A stretch of 32,000 nt of DNA, from assembly GCF_035285525.1 (NCBI RefSeq), contig NZ_JAYKGW010000098.1, positions 1 to 32,000 on the forward strand. The letters run 5' to 3'. Below, piece after piece: positions 17,217 through 25,700 of this stretch. A program made the position numbers and the translations under genes. Under the pieces are notes generated by a model. It was not told the DNA's origin. It saw nothing but the letters and a program-made list of their open reading frames with translations, and ran no database searches. Each line of letters begins with the position of its first letter. The stretch's first letter is position 1. This DNA comes from Okeania sp. Its GTDB lineage: Bacteria > Cyanobacteriota > Cyanobacteriia > Cyanobacteriales > Microcoleaceae.

Positions 17217-18182
17217 ATGATGGAAAAGCGAAGATTAGGCACATCTGAAATTAAAATTACTCCAATCATTATGGGGACATGGCAAGCAGGAAAAAAGATG
17301 TGGGTAGGTATTGAAGATTCTGAGGTTATTAAAGCAATTAGAGAAGCTTTTAATGCAGGTATTACAACAGTTGATACTGCTGAAGTTTATGGAGATGGTT
17401 ACTCAGAAAAAATTGTAGCTCAAGCATTGGGAAATGTGCGGGAACAAGTGGTTTTAGCTACTAAAGTTTTTGCTAATCATCTCAAATATGACCAAGTAAT
17501 AGAGGCTTGTCATCGCTCTCTAAAAAATCTTAATACTGATTATATTGATCTGTATCAAATTCATTGGCCTTCTGGTTATTTTCATAGTGAAATTGTACCC
17601 ATAGAAGAAACAATGAATGCTCTTAATAAACTGAAAGAAGATGGTAAAATTAGAGCAATTGGTGTTTCTAATTTCTCTAGTAAACAAATAGCAGAAGCTT
17701 GTCAATATGGTATAATTGATAGTCTGCAACCACCCTATTCTTTATTCTGGAGAATAATAGAAAAAGAAGAAATGCCTTACTGTGTTGAAAATAAGATTTC
17801 TATGATTGCTTATTCTTCTTTAGCACAGGGATTATTAACAGGTAAATTCGGACTAGAACATAAATTTGCCGAAGGGGATCATCGCTCTAAAAATAGATTA
17901 TTTGCTATTAAAGAAAATTACGAACGGGTACAAACAGCTTTACAAAAATTACGCCCTATTGCAGAAAGAAAACAATGTACGATGGCTCAATTAGCGATCG
18001 CGTGGTTGATTGCTCAACCCCAGACAAATGCTATTGTGGGAGCGCGGAATGCAGAACAAGCTATTGCTAATGCTAAAGCTGCTGATGTTAAATTATCTGA
18101 GGATGAGTTGGCAGAAATTGATGCTATTGGGCAAATAGTTACGGAGCATTTAGACGATCGTCCTGTTATGTGGGATTTTTAA
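17217..18182 (+). CDS. Aldo/keto reductase family oxidoreductase
   Basis: 321 aa with DTAEVYGDG (Asp/Tyr), LATKV (Lys), LYQIHWP (His) and GVSNF motifs. Confidence 0.92.
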   Translation: MMEKRRLGTSEIKITPIIMGTWQAGKKMWVGIEDSEVIKAIREAFNAGITTVDTAEVYGDGYSEKIVAQALGNVREQVVLATKVFANHLKYDQVIEACHRSLKNLNTDYIDLYQIHWPSGYFHSEIVPIEETMNALNKLKEDGKIRAIGVSNFSSKQIAEACQYGIIDSLQPPYSLFWRIIEKEEMPYCVENKISMIAYSSLAQGLLTGKFGLEHKFAEGDHRSKNRLFAIKENYERVQTALQKLRPIAERKQCTMAQLAIAWLIAQPQTNAIVGARNAEQAIANAKAADVKLSEDELAEIDAIGQIVTEHLDDRPVMWDF

Positions 18183-18247
18183 CAAGGTTTAACAGTTATT
18201 TAGCAGAAGTCCCGCACCATAATTTATTTGGTGTCGGGATGAATGCG

Positions 18248-18433
18248 TTATCTTTCTACCAATTTATCAACCTGTGACCGTTTGTCTTCTACATCATCTG
18301 GCAAATTATCTATGAAATCACTTATTACCTGAGTCATTGTTTTTTGTTTTTTGACTGCATATAATCTTAACTTATCTAATCTTTCTTTAGTCATTCGACA
18401 ATGTAATGATTCTTTCATAGTTATATGTTGCAA
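18248..18433 (-). CDS. Small ribbon-helix-helix (CopG/Arc-like) DNA-binding protein candidate
   Basis: 61 aa from a TTG start, or 56 aa from the ATG at 18418. [36 protein letters not shown] fits a beta-strand / helix / helix RHH pattern, followed by an acidic tail. The call is by pattern only. Confidence 0.55.
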   Translation of the reverse strand: MQHITMKESLHCRMTKERLDKLRLYAVKKQKTMTQVISDFIDNLPDDVEDKRSQVDKLVER

Positions 18434-18484
18434 TTATGTATACATACTATTATAATAGATATATGGTCGAAAGGGAAAAGAAAG

Positions 18485-19697
18485 ATGAGAATAGCCTACC
18501 AATATAAACTACGTCCAACAAAAGAACAAGCAGAAAAAATAGATAGAATTTTAGATATGTTGCGTTGTCAATATAATTATATGTTGGCTGAAAGGTTTAA
18601 TTGGTGGGAGCAAAATCGTTGTCCAATTAATGCTTGTCCTTTAATATGCCATCTTCCCGAATTAAAAGACCAGCCAACAAGATTTAGTCAGCAAAAGTCA
18701 TTAACTCAATTAAAAGTAGACAGACCTTGGTACAAAGAGATTCATTCTCAAGTTTTGCAAGAAGTGCCAAAACGGGTTGAATTAGCTTTTAAAAGATGGC
18801 TGAAAGGTGACATCAAAGGTAAACGCTCAGGCAAGCCTAGATTCAAAGGCAAAGGTCAGTACAAGACATTCACTTATGCTCAATTTCAGCAGCATCATTT
18901 TATCAACAATAGAGTTAAATTATCTAAAATTGGTGATGTAAAAGTAATTGTACATAGACCTATTCCAGATGGTTTTAGCATCAAAACAGCATCAATTACC
19001 CAAAAATCTAATGGCTCCGCAAGTCACATTTAGTTTAGAAGATAAGTCTGTACCCGAAATTAAACCAGATATTAAACGAGGTAATATTGTAGGTATAGAT
19101 GTAGGGTTAATAGACTTCTACGTTACTTCGGATAATGAGTCCGTACCAGCTCCTAAATATTTGAGAAAGTCTGAACGAAAACTCAAGTCAGCACAAAGAA
19201 AAGCATCTAGAAGAAAGAAAGGCTCTAAACGTAGACAAAAAGCTATTAAACAACTAGCCAAAAAGCATAGAAAAGTAGCTGATACTAGAAAAGATTTTCA
19301 CTTTAAAACTGCTAATAATTTGTTGAAAAAATATGACATTACAGCAGTAGAAGATTTGAATATTAAAGGTATGGCTAAGTCTAAGTTAGCTAAGTCTGTA
19401 CATGATGCAGGTTGGGGTCAATTTAATACTATATTAGCTAACAAAGCCGAAAAAGCTGGTCAGTTAATTGTAGAAGTCAAACCTCATGGAACATCTGTTG
19501 AATGTAGTAGATGTGGTCATAAAGTCAAGAAAACTTTGGCTCAGAGACAGCATAATTGTCCTAATTGTGGATTATCAATTGGACGTGATTATAATGCTGC
19601 AATTAATATCAGAGATCGATCCAAAGTATTGATGAAAGACTTGCTGCCACCAATCAAATTTGAAGCTTATCAAGGTACTCAATTGAGCCTGTTCTAA
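18485..19697 (+). pseudogene. tnpB: TnpB (RNA-guided RuvC-like nuclease, IS605 OrfB family) split by a 1-nt frameshift near 19012-19020
   Basis: Canonical N-terminus [15 protein letters not shown]. RuvC motifs are GIDVGLIDF, AVEDLNIKGM and GRDYNAAINI. The zinc finger is CSRCGH...CPNCG. The span is 1213 nt, which is 3n+1 and consistent with a single extra base. The two overlapping ORFs are 18425-19033 and 18948-19697. Confidence 0.85.
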
Positions 19698-19806
19698 ATC
19701 AATTGGAGAGGAAGGGCATTCCTTGCTAGCTCAGTTTATGTCTACATAGTAGAGTCGCTGAGAAGCCCGCACTGTAGCTTGTCTCAGTGTCGGGAGTATG
19801 TCACGC
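19560..19806 (+). ncRNA. Putative omega (right-end) guide RNA scaffold of the TnpB element
   Basis: The call is by position only. In characterised TnpB systems the guide RNA scaffold overlaps the tnpB 3' end and the RE hairpin, and the guide is read from flanking DNA. Here the RE hairpin is at 19766-19794 and the tail gagtatgtcac ends near 19804. Confidence 0.4.
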
Positions 19807-20217
19807 ATAATAAATCGGGTTTATTACTTTAATTAGAATTTGCTAAAAAAGTCTTGTTGTCAAGGTAGGGAGTCGGGAGTCGGGAGTAAAGTCACCCCCA
19901 ACCCCTCCGGTGGAGTGGAAGTTAAGAGGAATCAGGAGTTTTAGAGGATGTACTTGTAAAAATTCTCTCTTGCCAACTCTGCCCAAGTCTTACCCAGATA
20001 CTCACTTTTTCACTCTTATATATAAGGGAAAATCTGGTACTTTATCGCTATCTAAAAAGCCTAAAACATTAAAGTATTGATATATAAAAAAATTAGGCTT
20101 TTAAGGTTGGGAAAAAGTACAAGCTTTTTGCTCTTCATATTATTTCCTTTGGTGTCGTTTGTGTAAAAATTGGAGAAATATCTACCTTTTTTAAGGTTTT
20201 TTCTTCTCTTAAAGCTT

Positions 20218-20245
20218 CTTCCTTCTTCCTTCTTCCTTCTTCCTT
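20218..20245. repeat. Heptamer array (ttccttc) x4
   Basis: cttccttcttccttcttccttcttcc read directly. It accounts for the spurious low-complexity ORF 20061-20294. Confidence 0.9.
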
Positions 20246-20508
20246 TTTCCTTACCTTCTCTATACAAAACCGATGCTACCGGACATGATATCAATTGGCA
20301 AAAAAGCTAGGATTTTGGTTTACTTTGGCAGAAAAACTAAGGGATAATTCTTCCTCCTGTCTTCTGTAAATTTTCTACTTCTCCTGGATTGCAAGATTGC
20401 TGACTTTTGACTCTTTTCTGACAAAAAGACTTTTTCAGCAAACCCTAATTATTTATTGTTTTTCAAATCAGAAAATATAGAGTATAAATCTGACTTTTAG
20501 ATAATATC

Positions 20509-20583
20509 AGGACTTACGCAACTGCAAGGTATTTTCGTCCGATACGACCGTCGGGAAGCAATCTCAAACTCCTGTTTTTCGTA
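20509..20583. mobile_element. Left part of an AGGACTTAC-family MITE (sibling of 16597-16687), abutting another repeat
   Basis: aggacttacgcaactgcaaggtattttcgtccgatacgaccgtcgggaagcaatctcaaactcctgtttttcgtac. Confidence 0.7.
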
Positions 20584-20709
20584 CTGGACTGTTTCAGCTA
20601 AAATGGTGCATTAGGGAGTAGAGGAGAAAAAATTTTTGCCCTTGTTTCGTACCTCAATCCAACCTATAGCTATTGCATCATTTAAGGTGAAACAATGCAC
20701 TACTGGACC
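20583..20709 (-). repeat. Inverted sibling of 14942-15068
   Basis: The reverse complement gives ccagtagtgcattgtttcaccttaaatgatgcaatagctataggtt...aatgcaccattttagctgaaacagtccagta. Confidence 0.75.
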
Positions 20710-20747
20710 GACACTTTAAATTCACCATCAGAAAAGAGCGAAGATTC

Positions 20748-20837
20748 CTAGTTTGTAGAGGGTACGGTTCCCGAAAAATTGGAGACCAAACCCCTACGGT
20801 CTTAAATTATACCAAGACTACCGGATTTGATATAATT
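20748..20837 (-). mobile_element. Inverted sibling of 6834-6919
   Basis: gtagagggtacggttcccgaaaaattggagaccaaacccctacgg...ctaccggatttga is the reverse complement of the 6.8-kb copy. Confidence 0.7.
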
Positions 20838-20940
20838 TTAGTATAATAAAATATTTCTAGTGCAGGCTGGAAAGCCCGCTTAGGTATACCTTACGTTTGG
20901 TGAAATATACTATAATTCCTATGTCGAATAAATAACAAAT

Positions 20941-22317
20941 ATGCAAATTCCAACTAATCATATTTATTTAGCTACAATACTTCTTAAACGACGACAAAAT
21001 TTAGCAAAATTAATTAATTTTCCCGTCATCCTTTGGTCAGGTAGTCGTAGTTCCCGTAATTTTCCTGCCAATACTTTCCCTTTCCGTTGTAGCAGTCATT
21101 TTCTTTATTTCGCTGGTCTACCTATTGAAAATGCTGCTATCTGTTTAGAAGGAGAAAAATTAACACTATTTATGGATAATCCACCGCCAAGTAATCTACT
21201 TTGGCATGGAGAAATACCAACAGGCGATCGCCTCGCAGAAATTATTGGTGCTGATGCTGCTTTTCCGATGTCAGAATTAAAATTTTATGCCACAAATGCA
21301 GCAACTATTTCTGTACAAAATCCTATTACTAAAATTACACAATCTGAAGTTTTGAATCGCGATATTTTTCCTGCTAATAAAGCTGAAGAAATTGATTTAG
21401 AATTAACTAAAGCAATTATATTTTTAAGACTTAGTCATGATGATGCAGCTTTAACAGAAATTAAACAAGCAGTAGCAGTAACAATGGAAGCTCATAAAGC
21501 AGGAATGGCAGCTACAACAAATGCTAAATTTGAAGCAAATATCCGGGCGGCAATGGAGAATATTATTATTTCTGATAATATGACTTGTGCTTACCCCAGT
21601 ATTGTGACTGTACATGGGGAAGTTTTGCACAATGAAGAATATTTTCATCCTGTACAAAAAGGGGATTTACTATTAGCAGATGTGGGAGCCGAAACAAGTT
21701 TAGGTTGGGCAAGTGATGTGACTCGAACTTGGCCGGTTTCCGGGAAGTTTTCTTCTACACAAAAAGATATTTATGATGTGGTTTTGGCTGCCCATGATCA
21801 TTGTATTTCTCAAATTAAACCAGGTGTAGAATATTTAGATATTCATTTATTAGCAGCTAAAGTTATTGCGGAAGGATTAGTCGATTTAGGAATATTAAAA
21901 GGAAAAGTAGAAGATTTAGTAGAAATGGATGCTCATGCCTTATTTTTTCCTCATGGAATTGGTCATTTATTAGGTTTAGATGTTCACGATATGGAAGATT
22001 TAGGAGATTTAGCTGGATATGAAATAGGTAGGGAACGTAGTAATCGTTTTGGTTTAGGTTTTTTGCGATTAAATCGACCTTTAATTCCAGGAATGTTGGT
22101 AACAATAGAACCTGGTTTTTATCAAGTTCCAGCAATTTTAAATAATCAAGAAATGCGGGGAAAATATCAGAATATTGTGAATTGGGAAAAGCTAGAAAAA
22201 TTTTCTGATGTTCGAGGTATTAGGATTGAAGATGATGTTTTAGTTACTACAAATGGTGCTGAAGTTTTGACTCAAGAATTACCAACTAATACGGATGGAA
22301 TTGAAAATTTAATGTAA
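20941..22317 (+). CDS. pepP: Xaa-Pro aminopeptidase (M24B family)
   Basis: 458 aa. Metal ligand contexts are LLADVGAE, SDVTRTWP, HGIGHLLGLDVHD, TIEPGFY and IRIEDDVLVT. Confidence 0.88.
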   Translation: MQIPTNHIYLATILLKRRQNLAKLINFPVILWSGSRSSRNFPANTFPFRCSSHFLYFAGLPIENAAICLEGEKLTLFMDNPPPSNLLWHGEIPTGDRLAEIIGADAAFPMSELKFYATNAATISVQNPITKITQSEVLNRDIFPANKAEEIDLELTKAIIFLRLSHDDAALTEIKQAVAVTMEAHKAGMAATTNAKFEANIRAAMENIIISDNMTCAYPSIVTVHGEVLHNEEYFHPVQKGDLLLADVGAETSLGWASDVTRTWPVSGKFSSTQKDIYDVVLAAHDHCISQIKPGVEYLDIHLLAAKVIAEGLVDLGILKGKVEDLVEMDAHALFFPHGIGHLLGLDVHDMEDLGDLAGYEIGRERSNRFGLGFLRLNRPLIPGMLVTIEPGFYQVPAILNNQEMRGKYQNIVNWEKLEKFSDVRGIRIEDDVLVTTNGAEVLTQELPTNTDGIENLM

Positions 22318-22406
22318 GTATTTAATAGTGATTTCAATTATCAATATATTCGTATTTATCCGGAGGTATGAAATCTGAAATAATAGCTAATAGTTGAATG
22401 CTTGCT
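22314..22406. repeat. Short GTAAGYATT-type inverted-repeat element overlapping the pepP stop codon
   Basis: The left end is gTAAgtattt (22314-22323, TAA = pepP stop). The right arm is taatagctaatagttgaatgcttgc (22381-22406). Confidence 0.55.
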
Positions 22407-22675
22407 ACCCAGGAGTAACCCAGTTTCTACGAGAAACCGGGTTTCTTTTCGTATCAGCATAAAGTAGTTATTTAATCGATAGTTTATCAGCTATTATATA
22501 AAGGTAAGTACCTTTTTATATCTGGAAAAAGTAACTGGTTTTAAGTTGCTGAATGCACGGTTCCCAAAAAATCAAAAAGTTACCATTTTCGGCAAGAGTA
22601 TAGTTAAGTGGTTATTTAATTTTTGTTGCTAACGATTAAATATTAGATTTTCCCACACTTTTTTATTATAAAATT

Positions 22676-22705
22676 TTGCCATAACCTATTTAGGATTGGT
22701 ATAAT
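22676..22705 (+). promoter_or_regulatory. Sigma70-type promoter candidate for the sensor gene (TTGCCA-18 bp-TATAAT)
   Basis: ttgcca at 22676-22681 and tataat at 22700-22705, 33-42 nt upstream of the GTG/ATG starts. It is embedded in the cctatttaggatt repeat module. Confidence 0.4.
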
Positions 22706-22737
22706 ATCATAACAAAAAAAAATGGCTATTATTTAGG

Positions 22738-25700
22738 GTGGCTTCCATGAAAAAAAAATCCCTCTGGCAATTAAATAAGAAGACAAACATTTGGGGTAAA
22801 ATACCTTTAATGAGTGTCTTAATTATTCCTTTCCTCTTAAAAATATTAATTATAGTTGGATTAATAGGATGGTTATCTTTTCGCAATGGACAGAGAGCTA
22901 TTAATAATCTAGCTACTAAATTGCGTCAACAAGTTGTTGCTCATATTGTTGAACAAATAGATAACTATTTACAAATTCCTCATCAGATTAATAAATTAAG
23001 TGCTTATGCTGTTAAAGAAGATAATCTCACTATATTCCCAGTTCAAGGTCAAGGTCTTTTTTGGCAACAAATGAATTTGTTTCAGTCAATTCAATGGATT
23101 TATTGCGGTAGTCCTGAAAAAGGTGAGTTTATGGGAGTAACAAGACTAGGAAAAAATGATGGTTTGTGGTTGACTTTTAGTAATGAATCAACTGACTTCT
23201 TTAGTTATGAATCTCCTCTAGATAGCCAAGGTAATATTATTGATTCAGTTACAAAAAGATCTAAAATATCTCAAAAATTTGATGCGAGAAATCGTCCCTG
23301 GTATCAAGCAGGTGTGAAGGCAGGTAAACCTACATGGAGTAGAATTTACAAAGGTTTTAGCACTGAAGAACCTATAATTTCTGCTGTTTTACCAGTATAC
23401 GATTCGCAAAATAATCTCAAAGCAGTTTGTGGTGTCGATATTTACTTTTCTCAAGAACTCAATAAAGTTCTCACAACCATAGAAATTGGCAGGACTGGAG
23501 AAGCTTTTATTTTAGATACAAAAGGTGTTCTTATAGCAAGTTCTATAAGAAAATTAAAATCAGAAGAAAAAGATGAATTAGGAATTGAAAAAGCAATAAA
23601 TAGTAATAATAAACTAATAAAATCAGCAACACAACATTTGACAGAGCAATACCAAAATCTCACTGAAATTGACACGAAAAAACAACTTGATTTTATTCTG
23701 AATGGTGAGCGAATATTTATGGAAGTTTCACCTTATGAGGATGAATATGGTTTGGATTGGTTAACAGTAGTAGTTATCCCAGAAAATGAGTTTATGGCAC
23801 AAATAAAAGCTAATACTCGCTCAACTATTCAATTATGTATTTTAGCTTTAGCAACAGCTTTAGTTTTAGGATTATTAACAGTGAAATGGATAACTAAACC
23901 AATCATAAAATTATCAACAGCAGCTCGCGCAATTTCTCATGGAGAACTAAATCAAAATGTACCAATTCAAGGAGTGAAAGAATTAGTTATTTTAGCTGAA
24001 TCTTTTAATCACATGACACAACAATTAGAAGAATCATTTAATGATTTAGAAACCAAAAATCAGGAGTTGCAACACCTAGATGAACTTAAAGATGAATTTT
24101 TAGCAAATACATCCCATGAACTGCGTACACCTCTGAATGGCATGATCGGGATCGCAGAGTCTATGATAGATGGTGCTACTGGTGCTATTTCCGAATTGCA
24201 AAAAAATAATCTCTCGATGATTGTTGGTAGTGGATATCGTCTAGCAAATTTGGTCAATGATATTCTTGATTTTTCTAAACTACGACACCACAATATTGAA
24301 CTACAAATAGGTTCGGTAGGTATGCGAGAAGTTACGGAAGTAGTTCTCACCTTTTCTCGGATGATGTTGCTGGGGAAAGATTTACAACTTGTTAATGCTA
24401 TTCCTTCAGACTTTCCTGCTGCTGCTGCTGATGAAAATCGTGTTCAGCAAATTCTCCATAACTTGGTGGGAAATGCTATCAAATTTACAGAATGTGGTGT
24501 AGTCAAAGTCTCAGGAGAATTAATTGATGTTAATAACAACCAACAAATGGCAATTACTGTCTCGGACAATGGTATTGGTATTCCGGAAGATAAACAGGAG
24601 GCAATTTTTGCTTCTTTTGAACAAGGAGATGGGTCTACAGAGCGTCGATATGGTGGTACAGGTTTGGGTTTGCCTATCACCAAAAAATTAGTTGAATTAC
24701 ATGGTGGTAATATTTGGGTAAAATCGACTCCTGGTATTGGTTCGGAGTTTACTTTTACTCTAAATATTTCAGACAAACCTGCACACACCACCTCTGCTGA
24801 ATCTTCTGTGAAAAGACAAATTTCTGTGTTCAATACTGATTATTTAGCCAAATCAATTCTTGATGAAACTAATTCTCTCTCACAAAAATATACTCCTATT
24901 TCTACTGTTTCTTTAAGTAATCAAGAAGAATTTAAAATTATGATTGTTGATGATGAACCAGTAAATTTAATGGTATTATCTAATCAACTTTCTTTGTATA
25001 ATTATCAAGTTATTCAGGCTAATAATGGTCAGGAAGCTTTGGATATACTTGAGCAAAGTTTTCTACCGGATTTAATTTTATTAGATGTAATGATGCCTGG
25101 TATGACTGGTTATGAAGTAACCCAAAAAGTTAGGCAAATTTGGCCGCTCCATCAACTACCAATTATGATGTTAACTGCTAAAAATAGAGTTTCAGATTTA
25201 GTTATAGGATTAGAAGCAGGTGCTAATGATTATTTATCTAAACCATTCCATAAAGAAGAATTATTAGCTCGAATTAAGACACATATTAATATTAAAAAAC
25301 TCCGCACCGAAAAGGCACATATTCGTCAAGCTTTTGGTCGCTATCTTACAGATGAAGTTGTTTCTAATCTCCTGGAAACTCCAGAAGGTTTAAAACTAGG
25401 AGGTGAACGAAAAAAAGTTACTATTCTTACTTCCGATATCCGAGGTTTTACTGGCATTTCTGAAAGATTCGCACCAGAAGAAGTTGTGAATGTTCTTAAT
25501 TTTTATCTTTCTTCTATGGCAGATGTGATTATGTCTTTTCAAGGTACTATAGATGAGTTTATGGGTGATGGAATTTTAGTTTTATTTGGGGCACCAAATC
25601 CGAGAAAAGATGATGCGAAAAGAGCTGTTGCTTGTGGGGTAGCGATGCAGCAAAAAATGCTCTCTGTAAATAAACAAATGGAAGCTTGGGGTTTAGTTCC

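Larger units (their letters stand above)
18205..19806 (+). mobile_element. IS200/IS605-family element (tnpB-only, IS1341-like) carrying an additional small RHH ORF
   Basis: There are matching subterminal hairpins, each preceded by agaag and each with a bulged T. One is cccgcacc-N11-ggtgTcggg (18211-18238) and the other is cccgcactg-N10-cagtgTcggg (19766-19794). They bracket tnpB and a divergent 61-aa ORF. No HUH/Y1 tnpA is present. The exact ends are not determinable from a single copy. Confidence 0.75.

Noticed and set aside
18425-18484. Upstream extension of the tnpB ORF ([20 protein letters not shown])
   Set aside because: The canonical TnpB N-terminus [12 protein letters not shown] starts at 18485. 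The extension would also overlap the RHH start and the palindrome.
20061-20294. 77-aa ORF on the minus strand
   Set aside because: Its Lys/Glu/Arg-rich translation comes from the (ttccttc)n heptamer array and surrounding repeats.
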